Notes under the pieces: generated by a model
Told to the model about the DNA's origin: nothing
Seen by the model: only the letters and a program-made list of their open reading frames with translations
Database searches by the model: none
Position numbers and translations under genes: made by a program
Source: an uncultured Acidobacteriota bacterium
GTDB lineage: Bacteria > Acidobacteriota > Vicinamibacteria > Vicinamibacterales > UBA2999
DNA: 64,000 bases
Assembly (NCBI GenBank): GCA_963815285.1
Contig: CAWFGB010000005.1
Coordinates: forward strand, 295,919-359,918
Direction: 5' to 3'
Shown here: positions 19,598 to 29,548 of the stretch, piece after piece
Layout: each line of letters starts with the position of its first letter
Numbering within the stretch: the stretch's first letter is position 1

Positions 19598-20632
19598 CTA
19601 GCGCTTGGTGATGACGACGTTGCCGGAGAAGCTTCTGAGGGCGAGGATGGCGCCGGCGTCGCCGTAGCTACCGCGAATAGCGCGGCTGGCGCCGCCGCGA
19701 CGACCGGCGTCATCAGCCGCCGCGCGCAGCGTGACCGGGAAGTCGGTTCGGACGCTCCCGCTGAAGGTGCTGGCGTCGAGTTCGAAGCCGGGGGTGTCCG
19801 CGGTCAGCATCAGCCGCACGTTGCCTGAATGGGCGTTGAATTCGTAACGGCCGCCGCGAACCAGCGCGCCTTCGAAGCCGATCTCGCCGCTCAGGGTCTT
19901 CGCGGTCAGGCGCTCCACTTGGAGGTTCGACAGTTGGAGGTCGCCGCTGACGCTGCTGGCGTCGAGCGTCCGGACCTTGAGCGTCGTCGCGATGACCGTT
20001 CCGCTCACGGTACCGAGCGTGAGCGAGGCGGACGCGATATCGCGCGCCATTACGTCGCCGGACACGGTCTTTGCCAGTGCCAAATTCGGGGTCGCGATGA
20101 CTTCGACATCCCCACTGACGCTCTCGGCACGCACTTCTCCGCGCACCCCGTTGACCGACACGTCGCCGGAGACCGTCTTCAACGAGAGCGCGGCATGCTG
20201 CGGCACGGAAATGGTGTAATCCACGCTGCCGTTGAAACCGCGATTGACTTGTGGATACACCGTGCGGACCTCGAGCCGCCCTCCGACTTGCGTAACTTCA
20301 ATCCGCAGTGCGCTCAGCAAGCGTTTGGCTTCGCTAGCATCGCGATGACGCACGCGTTTGATGGCTTCGATCCGCACCTCGTTGCCGGGTCCCGTGGTCA
20401 CGCTGATGTCACCGGCGATGTGCGAGAGATCGAGGGAGCCGTCGCTGCCCAGAGTGTAGGTTCCGCTGAAATTTTCAGACTGCTCCCGTCCCTGCCGAGA
20501 ATCCTGGAAACGCTCGAGCCAGGCGAGGCGAGGGTTCTCCTCAGCGGCGGCGTCTCCATCCACAGCGGCCATCGCCGATGCGCTGAAGACGATCATCGAC
20601 GCGGTGATCAAGAGGGTTCGACGTGAGCTCAT
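19598..20632 (-). CDS. DUF4097-like putative adhesin / beta-helical protein.
   Basis: Signal peptide. Repeated ...SGD(V/L).V... strands (KTVSGDVSVNG, ESVSGDVEVI, SSVSGDLQLSN, SFSGNVVITK) are typical of DUF4097 proteins found downstream of anti-sigma factors. Confidence 0.8.
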   Translation of the reverse strand: MSSRRTLLITASMIVFSASAMAAVDGDAAAEENPRLAWLERFQDSRQGREQSENFSGTYTLGSDGSLDLSHIAGDISVTTGPGNEVRIEAIKRVRHRDASEAKRLLSALRIEVTQVGGRLEVRTVYPQVNRGFNGSVDYTISVPQHAALSLKTVSGDVSVNGVRGEVRAESVSGDVEVIATPNLALAKTVSGDVMARDIASASLTLGTVSGTVIATTLKVRTLDASSVSGDLQLSNLQVERLTAKTLSGEIGFEGALVRGGRYEFNAHSGNVRLMLTADTPGFELDASTFSGSVRTDFPVTLRAAADDAGRRGGASRAIRGSYGDAGAILALRSFSGNVVITKR

Positions 20633-20634
20633 GA

Positions 20635-21372
20635 TTACTGATTCAGCCCCTGTATGAGCTTTCCGGCCTCGGCCTGGTTGCCCTTGCGCATCTCATTGAT
20701 GAGTTCCACTGTTTGCTGCAGCAGCGCAACTTTCGAGCGCATCGCGTCGAACAGGCCCTCCTGCACGGTGGCGCTCGCCGGTTGGGTCTGCAGTGCCGAG
20801 CGGCTTTCGTCGATGGCCTGGTCAATCACCTGTAGGTTCTTCTGGAAGACCGCCGCCACCTGCGGGTCGAGTGCGCTGTCGTCGCTGCGCGCAATCTGTT
20901 CGAGCTGCTGAATCGCCTTTTCGTAGTGCTCGGTCGCGAGTTGCAGTTCGGCCTGGACGGACGCCACCGGATCGGTCGCCGTCGGCGCCGGTTCCACGAC
21001 AGCCTGCTCGCTGTGCGGCTGCTCAGCACGAGTCAACGACAGGATGCCGACGGTCGTGATCAGGAGCAGCGCGGCGGCGGCGGCGAGCCAGGCCGCGCGC
21101 GCGACGCGCGAAACAGGAAACGCGGCGAGTTGGCCGCGCGCAGACGGCAGCGGCTCGTTGGCGAGACGGGCCTGCAAGGCCGGCAGCAGATGTGGGGGCA
21201 GCTCCACGCGATCGAGCGTGAAGGCCGCGGCCTGGATGGTCTTCAGATCAGCCACCAGTGCGCGACAAGCCGGACAGCCCTCGACGTGCCGCTCGAGCTC
21301 GCGCTGTGCAGCGGAGTCGAGCGCGCCGTCTACGAACTCGGCAATCGCGTCGCGATAATCGTGGCAACTCAT
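20635..21372 (-). CDS. Anti-sigma factor (zf-HC2 type).
   Basis: MSCHDYRDAIAEFVDGALD...LERHVEGCPACRALVADL is the H-x3-C-x2-C motif. A single TM follows, then a helical periplasmic part. Confidence 0.85.
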   Translation of the reverse strand: MSCHDYRDAIAEFVDGALDSAAQRELERHVEGCPACRALVADLKTIQAAAFTLDRVELPPHLLPALQARLANEPLPSARGQLAAFPVSRVARAAWLAAAAALLLITTVGILSLTRAEQPHSEQAVVEPAPTATDPVASVQAELQLATEHYEKAIQQLEQIARSDDSALDPQVAAVFQKNLQVIDQAIDESRSALQTQPASATVQEGLFDAMRSKVALLQQTVELINEMRKGNQAEAGKLIQGLNQ

Positions 21373-21393
21373 AACGCTCTCGGCTCTCGGCCT

Positions 21394-22029
21394 TCAGGTC
21401 TCCGCTCTCAGCGCCTTCAGCTTCGCGCCCTCCACTCTCGGCTGTGTCAGGTACGCACGAATACGCAACCGTGCCTTGTGCACCTGAGATTTCGACGTTC
21501 CCTCCGAGATGCCCAGGATCGCCCCCACCTCATGATGACCGAATCCCTCGACATCGTGCAGCAGGAACGCCGCACGGCAGGCCGGGGGCAGACACCCAAT
21601 CGCGCGATCCAAGTCAATCCGACTGACCGCACCGAGCGCGGGAGCCGACGATGGTTCCGCCGCGCCCTCCTCGTCGAGCGAGTCAGTCTGCTGACCCATT
21701 CTCGACTGCCGGCTCCGCAGAACGTCGAGGCAATGATTCATCGCCAGCCGGTACAACCACGTCCCCAGCGACGACTCACCGCGAAAGCTTCCGAGCTTCC
21801 GATACGCAAGTAGGAAGATATCCTGCAACAGATCGTCGGCATCGTTCGCGGTGCCTGCCATGCGATACGCCAGATTGTAGAGCCGGGGCGCATGCTGCTG
21901 GTAGAGCTCTTCAAACGCCCTCCCGTCGCCGGACTTGATTCGTCCGGTGAGCTCCAGGTCGGCGCTTCTCACGTCTCCTGTTGGCTTAGACGAGGCCATT
22001 CGCAAAGGGGTTGATTGGGACAAGGCCAC
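21394..22029 (-). CDS. ECF-type RNA polymerase sigma-70 factor.
   Basis: Region 2 is FEELYQQHAPRLYNLAYRMAG...DLLQDIFL. Region 4 is LPPACRAAFLLHDVEGFGHHEVGAILGISEGTSKSQVHKAR. The true start may be an internal codon, since the promoter-like motif ends 10 nt before 22029. Confidence 0.9.
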   Translation of the reverse strand: MALSQSTPLRMASSKPTGDVRSADLELTGRIKSGDGRAFEELYQQHAPRLYNLAYRMAGTANDADDLLQDIFLLAYRKLGSFRGESSLGTWLYRLAMNHCLDVLRSRQSRMGQQTDSLDEEGAAEPSSAPALGAVSRIDLDRAIGCLPPACRAAFLLHDVEGFGHHEVGAILGISEGTSKSQVHKARLRIRAYLTQPRVEGAKLKALRAET

Positions 22030-22038
22030 CGCTATTCG

Positions 22039-22064
22039 ATACGCGCCGGGGGGTGGTTTGGTTC
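22039..22064 (-). promoter_or_regulatory. ECF-type promoter-like motif GAACC-N16-CGTAT.
   Basis: The minus strand reads gcgaGAACCaaaccaccccccggcgCGTATcgaa, directly upstream of the sigma gene. This matches the general GGAAC-N16-17-CGT pattern of autoregulated ECF promoters. Confidence 0.35.
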
Positions 22065-22101
22065 TCGCTTTTGACGCCTCAACCGCCGATTTGGTTGGGT
22101 T

Positions 22102-22407
22102 TTATGGCCACTTGACCCTGTTGAAGTGCCTGACCCTGGTCGCGGTCACCTCGAGGCCCTCGGCCGCCAGCAGGGCCCGCTTGAGGCTGACGTTGCCGCC
22201 GTAGCCGCCCAGGCGGCCGCTCGCGGCGATGACACGGTGATAGGGCAGTTGTGGTGCCTTCGCCTCGCGCATGATGTTGCCAACGGCTCGTGCCGCGCGC
22301 GGCTTGCCGGCCAGTCGCGCGACGGTTCCGTAAGTCGTCACGCGGCCGACGGGAATCCGCCGCACGACGGTCAGCACGCGCCGAGTGAAGAGGGATTCAT
22401 TGCCCAA
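22102..22407 (-). CDS. Alkyltransferase-like (ATL) protein. It has the MGMT DNA-binding domain but lacks the acceptor Cys.
   Basis: GRVTTYGTVARLAGKPRAARAVGNIM.....LPYHRVIAASGRLGGY. The canonical PCHRV is PYHRV here. Stand-alone 101 aa. Confidence 0.8.
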   Translation of the reverse strand: MGNESLFTRRVLTVVRRIPVGRVTTYGTVARLAGKPRAARAVGNIMREAKAPQLPYHRVIAASGRLGGYGGNVSLKRALLAAEGLEVTATRVRHFNRVKWP

Positions 22408-23035
22408 TGCTGATTTTCACTCGCAGGGTTCGACCCCCGAGGTTGTCTTCGTTGAACGCCGCCGACGCTCCACCGTTGCCAAGCGCGTCGGGGACCGACG
22501 CCCAGACGAACTCGCCGCCGATCGCGATCCAGGGGCGAGGCAGAAACTCCGCGCCGCCAAGGATGTGAAAGCCGCCGAAGCGTTCGTCGACATCGTCACC
22601 CGCGTCATCAGAATCGGATGTTTCGCGATAGCCATACGAGCTGTAACCGGCGCCGCCGTAGGGCACGAAGCCGGGCCACTTCCGAAATCGCCACCCGCCG
22701 GTGATCTCGAGCGGCGTGATGGTGACGTTGATCGGAATGCCGAGGCGGAACACGTCGCCTCCAGTCGTGACGAACGCGCGTTCGCCCTCCTGGCCGAACC
22801 GCGACGCGGCGACTTCGACGAAGATGTCGCGTGGCAGGAGCACTTGCGCACCGCCGCCGATGATCGGACCGGAATGACGGTCGAGGATTGCGTCGAAGCT
22901 CTCGTCTGCCGCGAAGCCGATGGTGCCCAGGGTGGCAAAGCCGCGCACGCCGATGGTCGTGCGGGCTCCTTGTGCGTCGGCCGGTGCCGACGCGAGCGCG
23001 ACCAGCACGAGGGTGATCGTGAAGATTCTCGCCAT
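22397..23035 (-). CDS. Outer-membrane beta-barrel protein (OmpW/porin-family-like).
   Basis: Signal peptide MARIFTITLVLVALASAPADAQG. Alternating beta-strand pattern, and the protein ends ...RTLRVKISIGQ. Confidence 0.7.
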   Translation of the reverse strand: MARIFTITLVLVALASAPADAQGARTTIGVRGFATLGTIGFAADESFDAILDRHSGPIIGGGAQVLLPRDIFVEVAASRFGQEGERAFVTTGGDVFRLGIPINVTITPLEITGGWRFRKWPGFVPYGGAGYSSYGYRETSDSDDAGDDVDERFGGFHILGGAEFLPRPWIAIGGEFVWASVPDALGNGGASAAFNEDNLGGRTLRVKISIGQ

Positions 23036-23037
23036 CA

Positions 23038-24618
23038 CTACCTCGCGATGCCCATACCACGCAGTGTGGCTCGAGGTTGTATCAGGCCGTCGCCGTACTG
23101 GTTGTCCACACCCGCAGGGCCGAGGTCCCGCGCGAACTGCTTCATCGCGGCTTCAATGGCGGCCGGGTTGGTGATGCCCTGCTGCATCAACAGCGCGGCA
23201 AAAGCCGAAACGTGTGAGGTCGCCATCGACGTACCATCGAAGTAGTAGTAGGCAAACATGTCGGCCCTGGGTGCGCTGAAGGTCTCGGGACCGAGCTCGT
23301 AGGTGTGCAGCAGATCGAGGTCGAGCGTCTGCTGCAGAATCCCTCCTTCTCCGCCGTCACGGCGTTGGTCTCCGCCCGGCGCCGCGAGCTCCACATAGCG
23401 GTTGGTCGTCGAGTAATACGCACGCTCGAGGGCGCGACCGACGGCGCTGACTGCCACCATGCCGGAGATTTCACGCGCAGACTGCGCGGTCCGGCTCGGC
23501 GCGTTGCCGGAATCGGCGGTGTTGCCCGCGGCGACGACCACGAAGGCACCGCGCGAGATGGCATAGCGGATCGCGTCGTCAGTCACGGTGGCTGGGCCGC
23601 CTTCCGATCGGCCGATGCTCATGTTGATGACCTTGGCACCGTTGTCCGCAGCGTAGCGAATGCCCCGCGCGAGCGTGTCGTCGGTTCCGATGAACGGGGA
23701 GTTGAAGATGAAGTCCCACACGTCGTCGATCACTTTGACCGGCATGATGCGAACGTTGTAGGCCATGCCTGCGACGCCAATGCCGTTGTTGGTAAGCTGC
23801 CCGATGGTGCCGCTGACGTGGGTGCCATGCCCGTCGAGATCGACCGGCAGGTCGTCGTTCCAGATGAAGTCGAACGGGTCCACGAACTTGGCGTCGCCAA
23901 GCTCGGGGGCCACCGCGAATGGGACATCGACCTGGCCGAGGGCAGGGAACTCGGCCCCTCCCTCCGTCAAGTAAAAGCTCTCGGCCGTATACCTGAGGGT
24001 GGTGGTACGAAACGCAACACCGGTGTCGAGGACGGCAACGACGATGTCGCTGCCGGCTTGGGGTTGGATGTCCCACGCGCGCTCCATATCGAGCGCCGGG
24101 AAGTTCCACTGCCGGTTGTACAGTGGATCGTTGGGTCGCGACATGGGGTAGTTGCGATAGCGCGGCTGTGCATATTCGACGTCGGGATTGAGGCGCAGCT
24201 CGGCGGCGACGGTCTCCGGATCGGCATCGGGGGGGATCTGGAGAATGTCGAAATTGGCGTAAGGCGGGCGTTCGATGGCGGAGGCCGTGGCCACGCGCAT
24301 GGCCGAGTTCACGGCTGTCCCCGGCGCACCAGTGCGAAACTTCACGATGATCGAGCCTGTCAAAAATGCGCGATCGTTGCGGGTACCGTCATTCCGCATC
24401 ATCCGCGCACGAACTCCGCGGCTGCCGCGGGTGCTCGGCTCGATCGGGCGGTCGTGCTCTCGCAAGCCACGGTCGACGCCAGGCAATCCCGTGCTCCGCA
24501 CCACGCTGCGAGCCGCGGGCCGGCCCATCTGCCCATTCCCTGGAAGCACCAGGAGCGTGGCGCATGCTAGCAGCGTGAGGCCGGCTCGCGCCCACCGAAT
24601 CGAACTCTGCGGTCTCAT
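23038..24618 (-). CDS. Secreted S8 (subtilisin-family) serine peptidase.
   Basis: The catalytic triad motifs are VAVLDTGVA, DGHGTHVSGTIG and GTSMATSHVSAFAALL. Signal peptide is present. Confidence 0.9.
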   Translation of the reverse strand: MRPQSSIRWARAGLTLLACATLLVLPGNGQMGRPAARSVVRSTGLPGVDRGLREHDRPIEPSTRGSRGVRARMMRNDGTRNDRAFLTGSIIVKFRTGAPGTAVNSAMRVATASAIERPPYANFDILQIPPDADPETVAAELRLNPDVEYAQPRYRNYPMSRPNDPLYNRQWNFPALDMERAWDIQPQAGSDIVVAVLDTGVAFRTTTLRYTAESFYLTEGGAEFPALGQVDVPFAVAPELGDAKFVDPFDFIWNDDLPVDLDGHGTHVSGTIGQLTNNGIGVAGMAYNVRIMPVKVIDDVWDFIFNSPFIGTDDTLARGIRYAADNGAKVINMSIGRSEGGPATVTDDAIRYAISRGAFVVVAAGNTADSGNAPSRTAQSAREISGMVAVSAVGRALERAYYSTTNRYVELAAPGGDQRRDGGEGGILQQTLDLDLLHTYELGPETFSAPRADMFAYYYFDGTSMATSHVSAFAALLMQQGITNPAAIEAAMKQFARDLGPAGVDNQYGDGLIQPRATLRGMGIAR

Positions 24619-24707
24619 TGCGAAGATGTCCTGTCGTCCGCGGCAGTTGGCGCGTCTATGTTATCGCGACATCGAGCGTCGCCCTGCGGCTGTCGCCTGA
24701 GGGGAAT

Positions 24708-26348
24708 TCAGGGCTGGGCGTCAGTCAGGACGCGCCCGTCGATGTCAGACATTGGCAGGTTGATCAGCGATGCCAGGGTTGGTGCGAGATCGGCAGGCGA
24801 CGCAGGGGCCGTGTAACGGCCGGACTTGAACGCCGCCCCCATGAAGATCACCGGCACATGCTGGTCATACCAATGGGCCGAGCCGTGTGTTGCGGCTGAG
24901 GTGTTCGTGGCTATCCAGTTGCGCCACAACACGAGGACCAGCTCACCGCTCTCTTCCGGGTGGTGACTGAGGGCGGCCGCGCGTTCGATGGCGTCGGCGC
25001 TGTCGCGCTTCGATGCGAGATCATGCGCGGGGAACACACGCAAGACGCCGGGCATCCTGCCGACGGCGTTCACCAGTGGTTGCACAAACGCCCGGTCCTG
25101 CTGCAAACGCTGTCGCGCGCTATCGGTCAAATAGATGTTCGAATACTCGACCTGCGCGACATGAGGTCCCGGACCATGCGCCGCGGTCATCGCGGCTTCG
25201 GCGGCCTTCTGCACCTCCGCGTTCAGCACCCGGCCGGCATCGCCCCCGGCGGCTCGAACCGATTCGGGAATGGCGGAGACGCCGTGATCCGCGGACAGAC
25301 CGACGACATATCGATCCCGGCCGACAGCGGCGTCCAGCGCTTCAAAGAGGGCGGCAAGCGTTCGATCGAGTCGGTACAGCGTGTCCTGCACTTCGTGGCT
25401 GGCTGGCCCGAAGTCGTGACCGACGTAGTCAAGTGCCGAGAAGCTGATAGCCAGATAATCCACCACGTCTCGTTGCCCGAGCCGATACGCGCGCGTCAGC
25501 GCGGCCGCCATCCGGCCGAGATAGGCATCTGAGTACGGACTTCGTTCCCACAAGTCGAAAAAGCGGTCGCCGGACGTCCCGGGCGCGCCGGCGAGAGGGT
25601 GCGGGAACGTCGGCGTCCACCCCGAACGCGGGCGCTCAAAGGCACTGGCATCGGCACCCGAGTAGTCTGATGGCGGGCGGACGCGATCCCAGACCTCATG
25701 ACGTTGGCCTTCGACCGGGTTAGCGTCCACGAACTGTTGAACCTCCGAAATCCTGTTTGGGGCAAACGCCGTCGATGTGCCCCACACGTTCGAATCAGCA
25801 AACCACGTAACCGCGGTTCCGCCATGGCCGGCCAGCATCACCGTGCTGCGCGGCTTCATCGAGAGCGCGATGACGCGGGACGAGGGTGAGGCTGCACGCA
25901 GCCGATCGCCGAGCGTTGGCACCCGAAGCCGGTTGGGACTGTGGCCGATCGGCTCAGCCGGCGGAGTATAGGGAACGCTCGTCGCGGCCGGGTCGTCCGT
26001 GCACGACATTCGTCGCTTCGCGCCGCGTCGGTACCACTCGTTCAGAATGACGCCATGCCGGTAGGGCAGCGCGCCGGTCCCGATCGTGGCATGGCCGGCA
26101 CAGGTGACGGTATTGAGGTACGGATAGAAGGCGCGTTCGTAGACGGCGCCCTCACTGACCAATCGCTTGAGACCGCCATTCCAGGTGCTGCCATAGCGAT
26201 CGATGTAATCGAAGCGCATCTGGTCCACGACCAGCATGACCAGCAGTTGCGGTGGCGCCACATCGCGTCGCGCTGGCGTCTTCGGCTCGCCGTACAATCC
26301 CACGCCAACCAACAGCGCGAGGCAGCCCGCGCCGAGCACTTGTTTCAT
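24708..26348 (-). CDS. Alkaline-phosphatase-superfamily enzyme (nucleotide pyrophosphatase/phosphodiesterase-like).
   Basis: Signal peptide. LVVDQMRFDYIDRYG, TVTCAGHATIGTG, LSADHG and GSAHWYDQHVP are metal-site motifs typical of the AP/NPP fold. Confidence 0.8.
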   Translation of the reverse strand: MKQVLGAGCLALLVGVGLYGEPKTPARRDVAPPQLLVMLVVDQMRFDYIDRYGSTWNGGLKRLVSEGAVYERAFYPYLNTVTCAGHATIGTGALPYRHGVILNEWYRRGAKRRMSCTDDPAATSVPYTPPAEPIGHSPNRLRVPTLGDRLRAASPSSRVIALSMKPRSTVMLAGHGGTAVTWFADSNVWGTSTAFAPNRISEVQQFVDANPVEGQRHEVWDRVRPPSDYSGADASAFERPRSGWTPTFPHPLAGAPGTSGDRFFDLWERSPYSDAYLGRMAAALTRAYRLGQRDVVDYLAISFSALDYVGHDFGPASHEVQDTLYRLDRTLAALFEALDAAVGRDRYVVGLSADHGVSAIPESVRAAGGDAGRVLNAEVQKAAEAAMTAAHGPGPHVAQVEYSNIYLTDSARQRLQQDRAFVQPLVNAVGRMPGVLRVFPAHDLASKRDSADAIERAAALSHHPEESGELVLVLWRNWIATNTSAATHGSAHWYDQHVPVIFMGAAFKSGRYTAPASPADLAPTLASLINLPMSDIDGRVLTDAQP

Positions 26349-28024
26349 CGGCCCCTCTCGTAGACGACCTCCCCGCCGATGATGGTGATCAGCGGACGTG
26401 CCGACAAGATCTGCTTCGGGGTCACAGTCATCACGTTAGTATCCAGGAGCACCATGTCCGCCAGCTTGCCAACCTCGAGCGAGCCCAGATCTCTTTCCGC
26501 GTGCGCCGCATAGGCAGCATTCCACGTGAACGATTTCAGCATCTCTTGACGCGAAAGACGCTCGTCCGGCATCCACCCGCCGGCCGGGTGGCCGGAGGGA
26601 TCCTGGCGGGTTACCGCAGCGTAGAAGCCGAGCATCGGATTGGGCTCCTCGACCGGGAAGTCCGATCCGTTGGCCAGGACGACGCCGCTCTTGATCAGCC
26701 GCTGCCACACGTAGGCGCCTTCTTCGGTGCGCGCCGCGCCGATGCGAACCGGCACCCAGGGCATATCTGAGGTGGCGTGGGTGGCTTGCATCGAGGCAAT
26801 GACGTTCAATCGGGCAAACCGCGGAATCTCGGCCGCGTCGAGGATCTGCGCGTGCTCGTTGCGCATCCGCAGGTTGCGCGCTCCGGACACCTCGGCCTGG
26901 ACGCGCTCGAACACGTCCATCGCGACTCGATTTGCCCGATCCCCAATCGCGTGAATGCAGGTCTGGAAGCCGGCTCGCGAAGCGGCCAGCGTCTGCAGGT
27001 AAATCTCCTCAGGAGGCGTAGTCATCAGCCCGCTTGTAGTCGGTTCGTCGCTGTAAGGTTCGAGCAAGGCCGCGCCCCGGGAGCCGAGTGCTCCGTCAGC
27101 GCCGATCTTGATGGCGCGTACGGAGAGGCGATGGCCGCCATAGTTGATGAGCGGGCCCTTTTTGAATTCCGGTTCGAGCATTGAGAGTGGCCCGCGCAGC
27201 ATCACGTAGAGCCGCGTCTTCAGGCTGCCGGCGTCGATGAGCCGTTTATAGGCGGCCACGTGGTCGGGCGTCGCGCCCGCCTCATGCACCATCGTCAGAC
27301 CCAGCTCGCGGGCTTCCTTGTCGGCGAGCAGGATCTGCTCTTCGAGCTGTGCCGGACTGACGGGGGGGATCTTCGACGCGACCAGATCCTGCGCGGCGTC
27401 GATGAGGACCCCGGCGGCCTCGCCACTGGCGTCCCGAATGATTCGTCCCCCGGGCGGGTCCCGCGTGCTGAGCGTGACACCGGCAGCGTCGAGGGCGGCC
27501 TGGTTGACGAGCGCGGCGTGGCCATCGACGCGCGTGAGGTACACCGGGTTGTTGGGTGCGGCGGCAGTCAGCTGGGCATGATGCGGCCAATCCTTGACCG
27601 GCCAGTCGTTCTGATCCCAGCTGCGCCCCTGAATCCATTCACCGGGCCGGGCCGTGGCCGCGCGCGCCCGAACCATTTCTACGATCTGCTCATAACTGGT
27701 CGTGCCGCGAAGCGGCAGGACCTGCAGACTTGCGCCCAAATTCGTGAAGTGGCCGTGGGAGTCCTGAATACCGGGCAGCAGCGTCGCCCCCTCGGCATCG
27801 ATGACCCGGGTATCAGTGCCTCGCAGCGCCAGCGCGTCGGCCGTCGAACCGACTAAGACAATGCGATCCTCTCGCACGGCCACGGCCTCGGCCCGGGGTT
27901 GCGCCGAGTTGACGGTATAGACGCTGGCGTTGTGGACGATTAGCGACGCGGGCTCCACAGGTTGACCTGCCCGGCACGCCGAGAGCGCCAGCGTAATGGC
28001 GACGACGAAGAATCGGAACATCAT
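26345..28024 (-). CDS. Lipoprotein amidohydrolase (amidohydrolase_3 / metal-dependent hydrolase family).
   Basis: Start trimmed to MMFRFFVVAITLALSAC (lipobox LSAC). GIQDSHGH, HAIGD, MQATHATSD and LANGSDFPVE are metal ligand motifs. 4-nt overlap with the downstream gene. Confidence 0.85.
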   Translation of the reverse strand: MMFRFFVVAITLALSACRAGQPVEPASLIVHNASVYTVNSAQPRAEAVAVREDRIVLVGSTADALALRGTDTRVIDAEGATLLPGIQDSHGHFTNLGASLQVLPLRGTTSYEQIVEMVRARAATARPGEWIQGRSWDQNDWPVKDWPHHAQLTAAAPNNPVYLTRVDGHAALVNQAALDAAGVTLSTRDPPGGRIIRDASGEAAGVLIDAAQDLVASKIPPVSPAQLEEQILLADKEARELGLTMVHEAGATPDHVAAYKRLIDAGSLKTRLYVMLRGPLSMLEPEFKKGPLINYGGHRLSVRAIKIGADGALGSRGAALLEPYSDEPTTSGLMTTPPEEIYLQTLAASRAGFQTCIHAIGDRANRVAMDVFERVQAEVSGARNLRMRNEHAQILDAAEIPRFARLNVIASMQATHATSDMPWVPVRIGAARTEEGAYVWQRLIKSGVVLANGSDFPVEEPNPMLGFYAAVTRQDPSGHPAGGWMPDERLSRQEMLKSFTWNAAYAAHAERDLGSLEVGKLADMVLLDTNVMTVTPKQILSARPLITIIGGEVVYERGR

Positions 28025-28150
28025 GCTCTCACTGCGGGATGGCTTGACGGTCCGAAGCGGACCTCGGGGGCACAAGCCCTCCACGCCGTCGAATTTCATC
28101 ACGATTGGGCGGCGCGTGCCACGGTTTCTGAGGATGGACGTCGGAACGTC

Positions 28151-29548
28151 TCAGAGATAAGTGAGCGGGTCGACGCCGGCGTCGGCCGGATCCACCGGGC
28201 TCATCACGATACGGGGCCCAGCCCCCTCGTCGGTGGTTTCCCAGAGGTTCACGTCGTAAGGGCGTTGAAGCTTCTCGGCGTCAGCACCCATGATGACACG
28301 CACTTTGGGACGATAGGGATCAGGAGCATAAACCCTCACCACGACGCCCAACTCGCCCGTGTCGAGTCGCACGAGATTGCCGGGCGGGTAGATCCCCATC
28401 AGTTGCGTAAAGCGCCGGACGAGGTGTTGATCGAAATGGACCCCGTCATTCTGTTTCAAGACGGCGAGGACGCGGTCGGACGGAAACGATTGCTGGTACG
28501 CCCGCTGCGAGCGCATGGCGTCATACACGTCCGCGATGCTGCACAACATGGTGCCGATGTTGAGCGAGGACCGCTTGGCTCCTATTGGATAACCCGTGCC
28601 ATCGAGGCGCAGATGATGCTCGAAGGCCACGACCGGCGCCAGCGGCGCCATTTCCGGCGTGCGGCGCAGAATCTCTGCGCCATCGACCACATGCATGCGC
28701 ATGAGCGCGAACTCCTGATCCGTCAGCTTGTCGGGCTTGTTGAGAACCTCGACGGGCGTGCGGACCTTGCCGATGTCGTGCATCAGGGCCGCGAGGCCGA
28801 ACTCGCGCAGCAAACCACCTTCGATGCCGAGCGCTCGCGCCTGCGCCATGGTCAGAATTGACACGTTGACCATGTGCGTAAAGGTGTAGTTGTCGTACTC
28901 CTTGAGTGCCGTCAGCGCGATGAGCGCGGTCCGATTCTGGGCCACGGCCTGGGCCAGGTTGTCCACGAGCAGTCGCGCCGAGCGCACGTCGGGCAGACCG
29001 TCCTGCTGGGTGCCTTCCCACAGTGCACCGGCGAGGTTGACCGCGTCCGAATACAAACGGCGAATGGTCGCGATATCGGCAGCCGAGGTGTTGACGCGTT
29101 CGTCGAGGCTGATCCGGCCGACCTTGACGTGGGGCAGCGCCTGCAGCGTGGCGAGTGGGTCGGCGAGCGTGGCTCCTGGCCTGTCGGCCGACGGCGTCGC
29201 GCGTTCAGGATGTGCAATGGTCGAGACCAGGATACGGAGCGCTTCGGGTGAGACGCCACGCTCGAACGCGACGCGTTCGATGCCAAGCCCCTGGAGACGT
29301 CGAATGAACTCGCCGTATTGCTCCCCACTTTTTGGCAGCGGCGTGTCGCCGACGACGATCTCCTGGTCGAGCAGACCAATCGCGATCGACGGCTGGTCCG
29401 CGAGAAGCTGAGTGACGGTCTCGCCCAACGCGTCGAGGGATCGTTGCACCAGCGGGTGGCCGCTGGCGTAGAGCTGCGCGCTGCGTACGGCCGCGGCAAA
29501 TCGGCGTACCGCCTCCTCGGAGAGACGCGATCTGCGTGCGCTGTCCAT
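28151..29548 (-). CDS. HD-GYP domain c-di-GMP phosphodiesterase-type protein with N-terminal sensor module.
   Basis: HMVNVS..., ALMHDIGK, and FEHHLRLDGTGYP (GYP motif). The start ATG overlaps the upstream gene's stop (ATGA at 29546..29550). Confidence 0.9.
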   Translation of the reverse strand: MDSARRSRLSEEAVRRFAAAVRSAQLYASGHPLVQRSLDALGETVTQLLADQPSIAIGLLDQEIVVGDTPLPKSGEQYGEFIRRLQGLGIERVAFERGVSPEALRILVSTIAHPERATPSADRPGATLADPLATLQALPHVKVGRISLDERVNTSAADIATIRRLYSDAVNLAGALWEGTQQDGLPDVRSARLLVDNLAQAVAQNRTALIALTALKEYDNYTFTHMVNVSILTMAQARALGIEGGLLREFGLAALMHDIGKVRTPVEVLNKPDKLTDQEFALMRMHVVDGAEILRRTPEMAPLAPVVAFEHHLRLDGTGYPIGAKRSSLNIGTMLCSIADVYDAMRSQRAYQQSFPSDRVLAVLKQNDGVHFDQHLVRRFTQLMGIYPPGNLVRLDTGELGVVVRVYAPDPYRPKVRVIMGADAEKLQRPYDVNLWETTDEGAGPRIVMSPVDPADAGVDPLTYL

